From Pseudomonadota bacterium (lineage in GTDB: Bacteria; Pseudomonadota; Gammaproteobacteria; Pseudomonadales; Pseudohongiellaceae): a stretch of DNA of 64,000 nucleotides. The stretch is from positions 110 through 64,109 of the forward strand of contig JADFIJ010000001.1 in the NCBI GenBank assembly GCA_022566775.1, in the 5' to 3' direction. The notes under the pieces are model-generated. The model had not been told where the DNA came from, ran no database searches, and saw nothing but the letters and a program-made list of their open reading frames with translations. A program made the position numbers and the translations under genes. This document shows, in pieces, positions 25,792 to 36,700 of this stretch (positions are counted from its first letter, which is position 1; the number at the start of each line of letters is the position of its first letter).

Positions 25792-26598
25792 ATGAATATA
25801 GAGTTTATTGAGAAACACCTGAGCCTGGATTCCCGTGGGGATCTTGGTGAGATTATCCTGTTCGAAGAGATTGATTCTACGAACGCAGAGTCCCTGCGCT
25901 TGCTAAAGGCGGGCAGAACAGGCAGCTGGATTGTGCTTGCCCAATCCCAAACCGCCGGCAGAGGGCGCAGCGGCAGAACCTGGTCCAGTTACCCCGGAGC
26001 CGGGATTTATTTGTCACTGGTTCGTCGGTTCACCTTGGCAGCCGATGCTTTGCAGAGTCTGAGTCTGGTAACGGCCATCAGCCTGCATGCTGCGTTGACG
26101 GCTCTGGGGGTGCAGAATCTGCAACTCAAGTGGCCAAATGATGTCCTCCACGAGAAAAGAAAACTGGCGGGCATACTACTCGAACTACACAAGATGGGAT
26201 CGACGCTGCACATCGTATTTGGCGTCGGCATTAACCTGGACCTACCTGAGCAGGCGGTGAAGGAGATCGGCAGGCCGGTGACGGATTTGAATTCTCTCAC
26301 TGCAAATGCAGTGGATCCAGGAGAGCTCGTTGCCCTATTCATCAATGCGCTATTGCCAAATGTCATCAACTTCGAGGCAGATGGTTTTTCACCTTTCCAG
26401 GATGATTGGAACCGCCTGGATTGTTATATTAACCACGATATCGTGATTCAAAACGGCAGCCAACGCATCATTGGCAAATCTCTAGGGGTAGATAGTTCAG
26501 GCGCACAGCTGCTGCAGACCGCCACCGGTAGGCAGACAATAATTGGCGGCGAAATTTTCCCGTCCTTGCGAGAACTTGTAGCAGGTTCGCCAACATGA
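25792..26598 (+). CDS. birA: Biotin--[acetyl-CoA-carboxylase] ligase (short form, no N-terminal HTH domain)
   Basis: AQSQTAGRGRSGRTWSS (GRGRxGRxW motif), KWPNDV and GIGINL. At 268 aa there is no room for a repressor domain. Confidence 0.85.
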   Translation: MNIEFIEKHLSLDSRGDLGEIILFEEIDSTNAESLRLLKAGRTGSWIVLAQSQTAGRGRSGRTWSSYPGAGIYLSLVRRFTLAADALQSLSLVTAISLHAALTALGVQNLQLKWPNDVLHEKRKLAGILLELHKMGSTLHIVFGVGINLDLPEQAVKEIGRPVTDLNSLTANAVDPGELVALFINALLPNVINFEADGFSPFQDDWNRLDCYINHDIVIQNGSQRIIGKSLGVDSSGAQLLQTATGRQTIIGGEIFPSLRELVAGSPT

Positions 26599-27353
26599 TT
26601 CTAGAGATTGATGCGGGAAATACCCGGATAAAGTGGCGCTGTCTCAATCCTCGAACCGCGGCGGTGGAGGCAGAAGGCGTCGTGCCCGGTGTCAAGGAGC
26701 TGATCATCGCCGTAGGAGAGGATCATCGAGTCGAGTTTGCCAGATTGTGCAGTGTCAGGGCGGGGCCGGATGTGGAGGAGATCCGTCAATGGATTGCTGC
26801 TGCCTGGGGCCTGGAGCTACAAATTGCCGAAGTAAGCCGGCGTTGTGGCGGGGTATCGAATCATTATGTGGAACCGGGCAAGCTCGGTATCGACCGTTGG
26901 TTGGCTATGCTGGCGGCGCGGCAAAAATCCACGGAGCCCTGTGTGATAGTGGATAGTGGCACCGCCCTGACCATCGATGTGCTGGATGGGAATGGCGAAC
27001 ATCGAGGTGGCTTTATTCTTCCAGGCCTGAGCTTGATGCGGGAAAGCCTGCAGGCGAATACGGGCATCCGTCTGGCCGAGGGACATGAAGAGCTCACTCT
27101 GGAGCCAGGCCACTCCACCGAGGCGGCCGTATTCAACGGCACCTTGACGGCCCTGATTGCCATCATCGAAAGAGTCACCGATTCAATAACCGAGGCTGCC
27201 CAACCCACACTCTTCTTTACCGGTGGTGGCGCCGATCTACTGGCGGCGTATACGTCACTGCCGAAAATCGAAGTAGTCGCCGGGCTGGTTCTCGATGGCC
27301 TGGCGATTGCGTGCCCTTACTCTGCTGAAGATTTTGATCCGGCCAGTGGCTAA
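26595..27353 (+). CDS. coaX: Type III pantothenate kinase
   Basis: N-terminal MILEIDAGNTRIKW and DSGTALTID. It overlaps birA by 4 bp (ATGA). The birA-coaX pairing is conserved in pseudomonad-like genomes. Confidence 0.85.
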   Translation: MILEIDAGNTRIKWRCLNPRTAAVEAEGVVPGVKELIIAVGEDHRVEFARLCSVRAGPDVEEIRQWIAAAWGLELQIAEVSRRCGGVSNHYVEPGKLGIDRWLAMLAARQKSTEPCVIVDSGTALTIDVLDGNGEHRGGFILPGLSLMRESLQANTGIRLAEGHEELTLEPGHSTEAAVFNGTLTALIAIIERVTDSITEAAQPTLFFTGGGADLLAAYTSLPKIEVVAGLVLDGLAIACPYSAEDFDPASG

Positions 27354-27356
27354 TTT

Positions 27357-28052
27357 ATGCGCTATATAGTCATTTTTCTGCTGTTGTTGAATATTGCCTA
27401 TTTTGGCTGGAGTCGCTATGGGCCGTCGCCATCAGACGCCGGGTCTGGATCGGAAGACCTGCCGCTCCTCAATACCGGACTTATGCTGGTACGGGAGTTC
27501 GAAGAGCAAGCGGCAGCATTATTAGCCGCGAATCAGGATCAGTCACCGATGTGCGCCATGGTTGCGAATTTTCCCACGGTTGACGAAGCCTATAGCTTCA
27601 TGTCCGAGTCCAGGAACAGAGGTTTCAGCGCCGTGCTGAATCTGACCGGCGAGGCGCTGGCTCCGCAATTTCGCGTCTACATACCGCCCCTATCGTCCCG
27701 CTCCATAGCAACCATCACCCTGGATGGGCTCAGCGAAGCGGCCTCCAACGCGGGTTTGGAGGTCGAGACCTACCTGATTACAAGGGGAAGCCTGGCCAAT
27801 GCTATAGCCCTGGGGGTTTTTGCACTGCCCGATCCTGCCGAACTGGTGAGAGAACAGGTGGCAGCGCTGGGATATAGCGTACAAATCCAGGAAATCCCGC
27901 TTTCTACCGGCGATATTCAGGTATTGCTCAGGCATCCTCAATTCGACTCTATCGGGGAAGCGCAATGGCTTGATTTGTCAGCGGATAGGTCCTACTTGAC
28001 AGTTACAGAAAATCTCTGTGAAACGATTGCACAAGGGCTTCAATTCCCATAA
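27357..28052 (+). CDS. Membrane-anchored SPOR-like domain protein
   Basis: N-terminal TM segment MRYIVIFLLLLNIAYFGW. Two segments have a SPOR-like pattern (FPTVDEAYSFMSESRNRGFSAV...FRVYIPP). The position matches the hypothetical gene found after coaX in related genomes. Confidence 0.45.
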   Translation: MRYIVIFLLLLNIAYFGWSRYGPSPSDAGSGSEDLPLLNTGLMLVREFEEQAAALLAANQDQSPMCAMVANFPTVDEAYSFMSESRNRGFSAVLNLTGEALAPQFRVYIPPLSSRSIATITLDGLSEAASNAGLEVETYLITRGSLANAIALGVFALPDPAELVREQVAALGYSVQIQEIPLSTGDIQVLLRHPQFDSIGEAQWLDLSADRSYLTVTENLCETIAQGLQFP

Positions 28053-28055
28053 AAT
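28027..28055 (+). promoter_or_regulatory. Candidate sigma70 promoter for the tRNA-tufB operon
   Basis: TTGCAC, a 17-nt spacer, then TAAAAT, followed by a GC-rich discriminator (gccgctcc). It lies about 50 nt upstream of tRNA-Tyr. Confidence 0.4.
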
Positions 28056-28106
28056 GCCGCTCCTGACTGAGAGAGCCAGGGAATTTGACCCTTGGGAGAT
28101 CTTGTG

Positions 28107-28190
28107 GGAGGGGTACCCGAGTGGCCAAAGGGATCAGACTGTAAATCTGACGCGCAAGCTTCGGTGGTTCGAATCCACCCCCCTCCACCA
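28107..28190 (+). tRNA. tRNA-Tyr (GTA)
   Basis: Acceptor stem GGAGGGG/CCCCTCC, anticodon loop CTGTAAA, long variable arm, T-arm GGTGGTTCGAATCCACC, encoded CCA. Confidence 0.9.
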
Positions 28191-28235
28191 GTTAGGGTCA
28201 TAGTGGGGGAGCAGTTTCTAACAAGCCGGTAATAA

Positions 28236-28309
28236 GCGGGTATAGTTCAGCGGTAGAACCCCAGCCTTCCAAGCTGGTTGCGCGGGTTCGATTCCCGCTA
28301 CCCGCTCCA
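28236..28309 (+). tRNA. tRNA-Gly (TCC)
   Basis: Acceptor stem GCGGGTA/TACCCGC, anticodon loop CTTCCAA, T-arm GCGGGTTCGATTCCCGC, encoded CCA. Confidence 0.9.
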
Positions 28310-28400
28310 ATTACCGGTTAGCAGTGGCGGCAGCAGTGACAGGCGAATACAAAAGACGAGCTACCGGGAAGATAATATGGGCTGAGATTACTAGTGATTA

Positions 28401-28476
28401 GCTCGCATAGCTCAGGCGGTAGAGCGCTTCATTGGTAATGAAGAGGTCCCCGGTTCAACTCCGGGTGTGAGCACCA
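28401..28476 (+). tRNA. tRNA-Thr (GGT)
   Basis: Acceptor stem GCTCGCA/TGTGAGC (one G-U pair), anticodon loop TTGGTAA, T-arm CCGGTTCAACTCCGG, encoded CCA. Confidence 0.9.
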
Positions 28477-28590
28477 CACACTACAGATCAAAGCAACAGA
28501 TTCATTTGCGTCTCACTATATGAGGAAGAGGCAGGAATCTGATTTGATATTAACTTGAAGAGCGCAATGAAGAGATAGGGGCAGTCGATA

Positions 28591-29781
28591 ATGGCGAAGG
28601 AAAAATTTGAGAGGAATAAGACCCACGTAAACGTGGGTACGATTGGTCACGTTGACCATGGCAAGACGACGTTGACGGCTGCGTTGACGCGGGTGTGTGC
28701 GGCAGCCTATGGCGGCGAAGTTAAGGATTTCGACCAGATAGATAATGCGCCGGAAGAAAGAGAGCGCGGCATCACCATTGCGACGTCCCACGTCGAGTAT
28801 GATTCCAGTGTTCGTCACTACGCCCACGTCGACTGTCCGGGCCACGCGGACTATGTGAAGAACATGATCACCGGTGCGGCGCAGATGGACGGTGCGATCC
28901 TGGTGGTGTCGGCGGCGGACGGACCCATGCCCCAGACCCGGGAGCACATTCTGCTTGCCCGCCAAGTTGGCGTTCCCTACATCATCGTGTACATGAACAA
29001 GGCGGACATGGTAGACGATGACGAACTGCTGGAACTGGTGGAGATGGAGATCCGGGAGTTACTGGATATTTACGAATTTCCCGGCGACGACACCCCGGTC
29101 ATCATCGGCTCTGCACTGAAGGCGCTGGAAGGCGATGAATCCGAGATTGGCATTCCCTCGGTCCAGAAGCTGGTGGAAGCGCTGGACACCTATATTCCCG
29201 ATCCGAAGCGAGACATCGAAAAGCCATTCCTGATGCCGATCGAAGACGTGTTTTCCATCTCCGGACGAGGCACCGTGGTGACGGGTCGTATCGAGCGGGG
29301 CATAGTCAAGGTGGGTGAAGAGATAGAGATCATTGGCATCAAGGATACCGAGAAGACGACCTGTACCGGCGTCGAGATGTTCCGCAAATTGCTGGACGAG
29401 GGTCGGGCGGGAGAGAACGTCGGCGTTCTGTTGCGTGGTACCAAGCGTGAGGAGGTTGAGCGTGGGCAGGTGCTGGCGAAGCCGGGATCGATCAAGCCCC
29501 ATACGAAGTTTGAGGCGGAAGTGTATATCCTGGGCAAGGATGAAGGTGGTCGTCATACCCCGTTTTTCAAGGGCTACCGGCCGCAGTTTTACTTTCGGAC
29601 TACGGATGTGACGGGATCCTGCGAATTGCCTGAGGGTGTTGAGATGGTGATGCCGGGAGACAACGTGAAGATGGAAGTGAGCCTGATTGCACCGATCGCG
29701 ATGGATGAGGGCCTGCGTTTTGCGATACGCGAGGGTGGCCGTACCGTAGGTGCGGGCGTCGTCGCCAAGATTATCGAATAA
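28591..29781 (+). CDS. tufB: Elongation factor Tu (copy downstream of the tRNA cluster)
   Basis: [28 protein letters not shown] with a full-length canonical EF-Tu sequence. Confidence 0.97.
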   Translation: MAKEKFERNKTHVNVGTIGHVDHGKTTLTAALTRVCAAAYGGEVKDFDQIDNAPEERERGITIATSHVEYDSSVRHYAHVDCPGHADYVKNMITGAAQMDGAILVVSAADGPMPQTREHILLARQVGVPYIIVYMNKADMVDDDELLELVEMEIRELLDIYEFPGDDTPVIIGSALKALEGDESEIGIPSVQKLVEALDTYIPDPKRDIEKPFLMPIEDVFSISGRGTVVTGRIERGIVKVGEEIEIIGIKDTEKTTCTGVEMFRKLLDEGRAGENVGVLLRGTKREEVERGQVLAKPGSIKPHTKFEAEVYILGKDEGGRHTPFFKGYRPQFYFRTTDVTGSCELPEGVEMVMPGDNVKMEVSLIAPIAMDEGLRFAIREGGRTVGAGVVAKIIE

Positions 29782-29802
29782 ATTATTTGGAGCTTATTCT
29801 TA

Positions 29803-29833
29803 AAGCCGGAGCATCTTTTTGATGTTCCGGCTT
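29803..29833 (+). terminator. Hairpin after tufB (13-bp stem with one G-U pair); weak terminator or processing site
   Basis: aagccggagcatc ttttt gatgttccggctt. No immediate T-run follows. Confidence 0.4.
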
Positions 29834-29907
29834 AGTCGTCTTTATATATTTGATACTTTTTCCCTCGGAGTTTACCGACAGAATCCAGGGAAGTATGAGG
29901 AATTGTT

Positions 29908-29983
<76 letters not shown>

Positions 29984-30046
29984 TTACCGGCAGGCACCAC
30001 GGAAGTCTCCTTCTGCGCCGAGGAATTTAAGGAGTTACAGGCAAAT

Positions 30047-30415
30047 ATGTCCGTAAAAATAGACAGCGAAGACAGCAAACTCGACTGGATCAAGTGGGCA
30101 GTTGTGGCCGCTATTGTCGGTGCTGCGGTCTATGCGAATTCCTTCTTCGCTACCGAGTCTTTGCTGATTCGAACAATTGGCATACTGCTGGCTGCTGGCG
30201 CCGCCGGCTGGATCGCCGCACAGACTGTTAAGGGTCGTACATTCGTCAATTTCTGCCTCGAAGCCAGAATTGAGATCCGCAAGGTAGTGTGGCCGTCGAG
30301 ACAGGAAACAACGCAAACCACAATTGTGGTGTTAATTGTCATATTCATTGTCGCCTTGATTTTGTGGATATTGGATTGGGGATTAAACGGCATCGTTTCA
30401 TCCGTAATTGGTTAA
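30047..30415 (+). CDS. secE: Preprotein translocase subunit SecE
   Basis: ORF 29954..30415 overlaps tRNA-Trp. The internal ATG at 30047 gives a 122-aa protein with 3 TM segments and the conserved C-terminal KVVWPSRQETTQTT. Confidence 0.85.
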   Translation: MSVKIDSEDSKLDWIKWAVVAAIVGAAVYANSFFATESLLIRTIGILLAAGAAGWIAAQTVKGRTFVNFCLEARIEIRKVVWPSRQETTQTTIVVLIVIFIVALILWILDWGLNGIVSSVIG

Positions 30416-30458
30416 AGGTTTAAGTTGGCTAGAGGATTAAGTTGGCTAGAGGTTTAAG

Positions 30459-30992
30459 ATGGCTAAACGCTGGTACGTAGTCCACGCTTACTCGGGCTAT
30501 GAAAAAAAAGTGATGCTCGCACTGCAAGAGCGAATCAGTCTTTCAGGCATGGAAGACCTGTTCGAAGAGATTCTGGTGCCTACCGAGGAAGTTCTTGAAA
30601 TGCGGGGCGGACAGAAGCGAAGGAGTGAGCGTAAATTCTTTCCGGGTTATGTTCTGATTCACATGGAATTAAATGACGCTACCTGGCACCTGGTTAAAGA
30701 TACGCCTAGAGTAATGGGTTTTATTGGCGGCACGGCAGAAAAACCTGCGCCGATTACAGACGCAGAAGCCGACAAGATCTTGCAGAGGATGGAGGATAGC
30801 GAAGACGCACCAACGCATAAGATAATTTATGAACCTGGAGAATTGGTTCGGATTATCGATGGTCCTTTCAACGACTTCACCGGCAGCGTCGAAGAAGTTA
30901 ACTATGATAAGAACCGCTTACGTGTTGCCGTAGTGATATTTGGTCGCTCCACTCCGGTAGAGCTGGAGTTTGGCCAGGTTGAAAAAAGTTAA
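30459..30992 (+). CDS. nusG: Transcription termination/antitermination factor NusG
   Basis: [18 protein letters not shown]...FPGYVLI...KOW region [16 protein letters not shown]. Confidence 0.95.
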   Translation: MAKRWYVVHAYSGYEKKVMLALQERISLSGMEDLFEEILVPTEEVLEMRGGQKRRSERKFFPGYVLIHMELNDATWHLVKDTPRVMGFIGGTAEKPAPITDAEADKILQRMEDSEDAPTHKIIYEPGELVRIIDGPFNDFTGSVEEVNYDKNRLRVAVVIFGRSTPVELEFGQVEKS

Positions 30993-31044
30993 AGACATAG
31001 ATTCGATTGAGTTAGTTGAGGGCATCACTGCATTGTTCAGAGGT

Positions 31045-31062
31045 GCCTTCGTAAACGAAGGC
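31045..31062 (+). terminator. Small hairpin after nusG (gccttcg taaa cgaaggc)
   Basis: 7-bp stem with a short T tail. It overlaps a copy of the dispersed tcagaggtgccttcg motif. Confidence 0.35.
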
Positions 31063-31204
31063 TTGTCAGCCGGGCCAGCCAGCCGGGCCGACATTTTTAA
31101 ATAAGTCGAGCTTCACCCTGTTTTTGCAGTTTGAAGTGCGCCGGGGAGTTTGAACCACTTGTTTCACAAGTGGATGCGAACGTTCGAACCCAAAGGAGAA
31201 AACA

Positions 31205-31639
31205 ATGGCTAAGAAAGTACTGGCTTATATCAAGCTGCAAGTTGGCGCCGGCAAGGCCAACCCAAGTCCACCGGTTGGACCGGCTCTCGGTCAACATGGT
31301 GTAAACATCATGGAATTCTGCAAGGTATTCAACGCGCAAACTCAAGGCGTTGAGCCCGGGCTGCCTATTCCGGTAGTGATTACGGTCTACGCCGATCGCA
31401 GTTTTACCTTTATCACCAAGACTCCTCCTGCATCGGTTCTGTTGCGTAAGGCTGCCGGCGTGAAGAAGGGCAGCGGTCGTCCAAATACCGAGAAGGTGGG
31501 CAAGGTAAGCCGGGCGCAACTGGAAGAAATTGCCACTCAGAAAATGCCAGACCTGACCGCAGCCGACATGGATGCAGCGGTGCGCACTATCGCGGGCAGC
31601 GCCCGTAGTGCGGGGCTGGAAACCGAGGGGGTAGTATAA
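31205..31639 (+). CDS. rplK: 50S ribosomal protein L11
   Basis: [40 protein letters not shown]. Confidence 0.97.
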   Translation: MAKKVLAYIKLQVGAGKANPSPPVGPALGQHGVNIMEFCKVFNAQTQGVEPGLPIPVVITVYADRSFTFITKTPPASVLLRKAAGVKKGSGRPNTEKVGKVSRAQLEEIATQKMPDLTAADMDAAVRTIAGSARSAGLETEGVV

Positions 31640-31640
31640 A

Positions 31641-32336
31641 ATGGCGAAACTATCCCGAAAGCAAAAACAGATGGCCGAAAAGCTGGAAGCAGGAAAGAAC
31701 TATTCCGTAGAAGAAGCGGTCGCACTGATTTCAGAATTTGCCTCCACCAAATTCAAGGAATCGATTGACGTGGCAATCAACCTCGGCGTAGATCCGCGCA
31801 AATCTGATCAGGTTGTGCGCGGTTCAACACTGTTACCGAATGGTACCGGCAAGGATGTACGGGTAGCGGTTTTTGCCCAGGGTGATAACGCCGAGAAGGC
31901 CACGGCAGCTGGAGCCGACATCGTCGGTTTCGATGATTTGGCTGAGAGTATTCGAGCGGGTAACTTGGATTTTGATGTTGTTATCGCAACCCCTGATGCG
32001 ATGCGCGTCGTGGGCAAGCTTGGGACCGTACTCGGACCGCGAGGTCTGATGCCAAATCCCAAGGTGGGTACCGTAACTCCCGACGTAGAGACAGCAGTCA
32101 AGAATGCCAAGGCGGGTCAGGTTCGATATCGCACCGACAAAAACGGCATCGTCCATGGTGGCATAGGCAGAGTAGGTTTCGATGGCAGTGCTATCAGAGG
32201 CAATCTGGAGGCCCTGCTGGCGGATCTGAAGAAATCCAAGCCATCTTCGGCGAAAGGCATCTACATTCAGAAAGTCGTGCTGTCTTCAACCATGGGGCCG
32301 GGCTTGCTAATCGATCAATCTTCGTTAGCGGTCTAA
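31641..32336 (+). CDS. rplA: 50S ribosomal protein L1
   Basis: [10 protein letters not shown]...[24 protein letters not shown]. Confidence 0.97.
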   Translation: MAKLSRKQKQMAEKLEAGKNYSVEEAVALISEFASTKFKESIDVAINLGVDPRKSDQVVRGSTLLPNGTGKDVRVAVFAQGDNAEKATAAGADIVGFDDLAESIRAGNLDFDVVIATPDAMRVVGKLGTVLGPRGLMPNPKVGTVTPDVETAVKNAKAGQVRYRTDKNGIVHGGIGRVGFDGSAIRGNLEALLADLKKSKPSSAKGIYIQKVVLSSTMGPGLLIDQSSLAV

Positions 32337-32605
32337 TACAAATAGGATTATGGGGAGCAGAGAATTCTTCTCCTGCAATGACTTTGGGGTTTTCTTATCT
32401 AGCGATTTTTTAATTGCAAGACAACGAGCCTATCAAAGACCGTAGGTGTTTTGCTTAAGCGAAACTTAATTTTCCTACGCAGATGGTGAAACCCGATTCG
32501 GATCAGGCAAGGCCGAATCCCTATCACCGAACACGCGGCCGCACCGGAAGTTTTCGTGCGTCCACATCAAGACTGGAAACGGTCACAGAACCAGGAGTTA
32601 AGCTA
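32337..32605 (+). promoter_or_regulatory. rplJL leader region (expected L10-L12 autoregulatory leader and promoter)
   Basis: A 269-bp non-coding gap precedes rplJ, as in other gammaproteobacteria. The call rests on position only; the structure was not verified. Confidence 0.4.
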
Positions 32606-33136
32606 GTGGCTATTAGACTAGAAGATAAGCAACAGATTGTCTCCGAAGTCAATCAGGCTGCTAATAGTGCTTTATCTGCAGTGCTTGCCGATTATCGCGG
32701 TGTCTCTGTTGGTGATTTAACTGAGCTTCGTAAGACTGCACGAGAAAACAAGGTATATCTGCGGGTGGTAAGAAACACACTGCTCAAGAGAGCGGTAGCA
32801 GGTACAGAGTTTGAGTGTATTCAGGAAGTTTTGATTGGTCCCACGATTCTAGCGTTTTCTCAAGAAGATCCCGGTGCCGCTGCGCGCGTACTGAAAGACT
32901 TTGCGAAGGAAAATGCCAATTTTGAGATTAAGGCGCTATCTGTAGATGGCAAGTTACTGGAAGCAAGTCAGATCGACGTGTTGGCGAAATTGCCGACCCA
33001 CGATCAGGCCTTGTCCATTCTAATGGGCGTCATGCTGGCGCCGGTAACGAAGCTTGCCAGGACCTTGAATGAGGTGCCATCGAAAGTGACACGTGTTGTC
33101 GCTGCAGTTCGAGACCAGAAGCAGGAAGCAGCCTGA
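32606..33136 (+). CDS. rplJ: 50S ribosomal protein L10
   Basis: The GTG at 32606 gives (M)[42 protein letters not shown], which is collinear with the E. coli L10 N-terminus. The upstream part of ORF 32483.. has no L10 similarity. Confidence 0.9.
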   Translation: MAIRLEDKQQIVSEVNQAANSALSAVLADYRGVSVGDLTELRKTARENKVYLRVVRNTLLKRAVAGTEFECIQEVLIGPTILAFSQEDPGAAARVLKDFAKENANFEIKALSVDGKLLEASQIDVLAKLPTHDQALSILMGVMLAPVTKLARTLNEVPSKVTRVVAAVRDQKQEAA

Positions 33137-33187
33137 TTCCTTTTGAGTAATATTAACTATTAATAGATAAAGTAGGAGATAAGAGTC

Positions 33188-33568
33188 ATGGCTCTTTCTA
33201 AAGACGAAGTACTAGACGCAATTGCAGACATGTCAGTAATGGACGTAGTTCAACTGGTGGAAGCGATGGAAGAAAAATTTGGCGTATCTGCAGCAGCAGC
33301 CGTGGCGGTCGCGCCCGCAGCGGGCGGGGGTGGCGACGCAGCTCCAGTGGAAGAAAAAACCGAATTTGATATCCACTTGACCAACGTTGGTGAGAGGAAA
33401 GTCAACGTCATTAAGGCGGTTCGTGCCATCACTGGCCTCGGTCTTAAAGAGGCCAAAGGGCTGGTTGACGCCGCACCATCAACTATTAAGGAAGCTGCGC
33501 CAAAAGCGGAAGCAGAGGAAGCCAAGAAGCAGTTGGAAGAAGCTGGCGCCTCTGTTGAGCTCAAGTAG
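33188..33568 (+). CDS. rplL: 50S ribosomal protein L7/L12
   Basis: [38 protein letters not shown]...[12 protein letters not shown]. Confidence 0.97.
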   Translation: MALSKDEVLDAIADMSVMDVVQLVEAMEEKFGVSAAAAVAVAPAAGGGGDAAPVEEKTEFDIHLTNVGERKVNVIKAVRAITGLGLKEAKGLVDAAPSTIKEAAPKAEAEEAKKQLEEAGASVELK

Positions 33569-33592
33569 AGCAATAACAACAAAGAGTCGATA

Positions 33593-33636
33593 CCGGATGC
33601 AGTTTGCTGCATCCGGGGTCAGCTTTTGCTTTTTTG
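33593..33636 (+). terminator. rplL-rpoB intergenic attenuator hairpin
   Basis: 10-bp stem ccggatgcag/ctgcatccgg followed by a T-rich tract (gcttttgctttttt). This is the classical position of the partial terminator. Confidence 0.6.
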
Positions 33637-33783
33637 GTTGCCAGATGCCGGCAGCCACACTGCGATAAATTCTTGCTGGCCTGGAATGATTAATCATACG
33701 GGCTTGGATAGCTAAATCGCATATCACAGAATTATTTCTGTTAGCACCAAAAGCCAATAGTACACAACGCTAGGAACACATCG

Positions 33784-36700
33784 ATGGCCTATTCGTATAC
33801 AGAGAAAAAACGTATCCGCAAGAACTTCGGCAAATTGCCAAGTGCAATGGATATCCCTTATTTATTGTCTATACAGGTCGATTCTTATAGACAGTTTACT
33901 CAGGCCGCCACGCCGGTTGAGGAACGCATCAGTCAGGGCTTGCACGCCGCGTTCAAATCTGTATTCCCAATCGTCAGTTATTCCGGAAAAGCCGTTCTGG
34001 AATATGTGAGTTACAATCTCGGGAAGCCCACATTTGACGTTAAAGAATGTCAGTTGAGGGGCTCCACCTACTCCGTGTCTCTGAGAGTCAAGGTGCGCTT
34101 GATTCTTTATGATAAGGAATCTACCACGCAAACAATTAAGGATATTAAGGAACAGGAAGTTTACATGGGTGAAATCCCATTGATGACCGAGAGCGGAACC
34201 TTCGTCATCAATGGTACGGAACGGGTTGTCGTGTCTCAGTTACATCGTTCGCCCGGCGTGTTCTTCGACCACGATCGTGGCAAGACCCATAGCTCGGGTA
34301 AATTACTCTACTCTGCGCGGGTAATTCCTTACCGTGGTTCCTGGTTGGACTTCGAATTCGACCCCAAGGACATGGTCTACGTACGTATCGACAGGCGCAG
34401 AAAATTACCTGCCACCGTGCTTTTGCACGCGCTTGGATATAGCTCTCAAGAAATTCTCGAGATATTCTATGAGAACAATAAATTCAAGATTTCCAAGGCT
34501 AAGGAGCCCGTTATTTCTTTGCAACTGGTGCCTGCTCGTTTGCGTGGTGAAGTTCTGAGTTTTCCCATCAAGGACAAGAAGGGTAAGCAGATCGTCGAAG
34601 AGGGTCGCCGTATTACCAGTCGTCACATTCGACAAATGGAAACGGCCAAGCTCACCGAGCTGAAAGTGAGCCCTGATTATCTCGTCGGTGCATCACTGGC
34701 CATCGACATTATCAATAAAGAGACGGGCGAAGTGTTGTTTGCCTGTAATACAGAGTTAACTGAAGAATTAGTCGCCGAATTCATTGAGCAGGGCGTAACT
34801 GAATTTCAAACTATCTACACCAATGATCTCGACTGTGGCCCTTTCGTTTCCCACACATTGCGAATCGATGCCAGCACTTCCAAGCTGGAGGCGATGGTGG
34901 AAATTTATCGCATGATGCGTCCGGGCGAGCCACCGACTAAGGAGTCGGCTGAGAACCTGTTCTCCAATTTGTTCTTTTCAACCGAGCGTTACGACCTGTC
35001 TGCGGTAGGACGCATGAAATTTAATCGCCGCCTGGGCCGACCCGAAACCGAAGGTGCCATGGTTTTGAGCAAGGAAGACATCGTCGATGTCTTGAAGACG
35101 CTGGTTGATATTCGCAATGGTTTCGGATCAGTCGATGATATCGATCACCTGGGTAACCGTCGTATTCGGTCTGTCGGCGAGATGGCAGAGAACCAGTTCC
35201 GGGTCGGTCTGGTAAGGGTAGAGCGGGCTGTTAAGGAACGTCTTAGCATGGCGGATTCTGAAGGCCTGATGCCTCAGGACATGATCAATGCGAAACCGGT
35301 AGCGGCAGCAATCAAGGAGTTCTTTGGTTCCAGCCAGTTATCCCAGTTTATGGATCAGAACAACCCCCTGTCTGAGGTTACTCACAAGCGACGTGTTTCT
35401 GCACTCGGACCGGGTGGTCTGACCAGAGAGCGGGCTGGATTTGAAGTCCGTGACGTACATCCGACTCATTACGGCCGACTCTGCCCGATTGAAACCCCGG
35501 AAGGTCCGAATATTGGCTTGATTAATTCACTGGCTACATACGCCAGGACCAATAATTACGGCTTCCTCGAAAGTCCCTATCGCAAAGTGATCAAGAACAA
35601 GGTAACTGATGAAATCGATTATCTCTCGGCCATCGATGAGAGTGACTTTGTCATTGCCCAGGCCAGTGCGCCGCTGGATAAGAAGGGCGGCTTTGTAGAT
35701 AGCCTGGTGATTGCGCGTTACAAGGGTGAGACCACACTCAAGCCTCGGGAAGAAGTTGATTACATGGATGTGGCGCCACAGCAGATGGTATCTGTGGCAG
35801 CCGCCCTGATTCCATTTTTGGAGCACGATGATGCCAACCGCGCCCTGATGGGTTCAAATATGCAACGTCAGGCTGTGCCGACACTAAAGACTGAGAAGCC
35901 CTTGGTAGGTACCGGTATGGAGCGCAATGTAGCCAGGGACTCCGGGGTTTGTGTCGTCGCCTTCCGTGGCGGCGTCATCGAGAGTGTTGATGCGGCGAGA
36001 ATCATCGTCCGTGTCTTCGATGAAGAAACCGACGCCGGAGACGCCGGAGTGGATATCTACAACCTCACCAAGTACACCCGTTCTAACCAGAATACCTGCA
36101 TCAGCCAGCGACCGCTGGTGAAAGAGGGAGACACCATCAGTCGGGGCGATATTCTCGCCGATGGTCCTTCCATCGATATGGGCGAGTTGGCACTCGGTCA
36201 GAATATGCGCATCGCGTTTATGCCCTGGAACGGATACAACTTCGAGGATTCGATTCTGATTTCCGAGCGAGTGGTGAAAGAGGATCGCTTCACTACGATT
36301 CACATCCAGGAACTTACCTGCGTGGCCAGAGACACAAAACTTGGCTCAGAGGAGATCACCGCAGACATTCCCAATGTTGGCGAGGGTGCTCTCAGTAAGC
36401 TGGATGAGTCAGGCATTGTCTATATCGGTGCAGAGGTTGGCGCCGGTGATATTTTGGTCGGCAAGGTAACTCCGAAAGGAGAAACCCAGTTGACTCCGGA
36501 AGAAAAGCTGCTGCGAGCTATTTTTGGTGAGAAGGCGTCTGATGTTAAAGACACGTCGCTGCGAGTTCCAACCAGCGTCACCGGTACTATCATCGACGTG
36601 CAGGTATTCACCCGCGATGGCCTGGAGAAAGACCAGCGCGCAATGGAGATCGAGAAGACTCAATTGGCGAAGGTACGCAAAGACATCGACGATGAATATC

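Noticed and set aside
1-28200. Genomic island integrated next to the tRNA cluster
   Set aside because: I saw no integrase, transposase, phage genes or direct repeats of the tRNA 3' ends. The composition does not look visibly different from the core region, so a mobile origin is unsupported.
32483-32605. Upstream extension of the rplJ ORF ([20 protein letters not shown]...)
   Set aside because: It has no L10 similarity. Collinearity with the E. coli L10 N-terminus starts at the GTG at 32606, and this region is expected to be the L10 leader.
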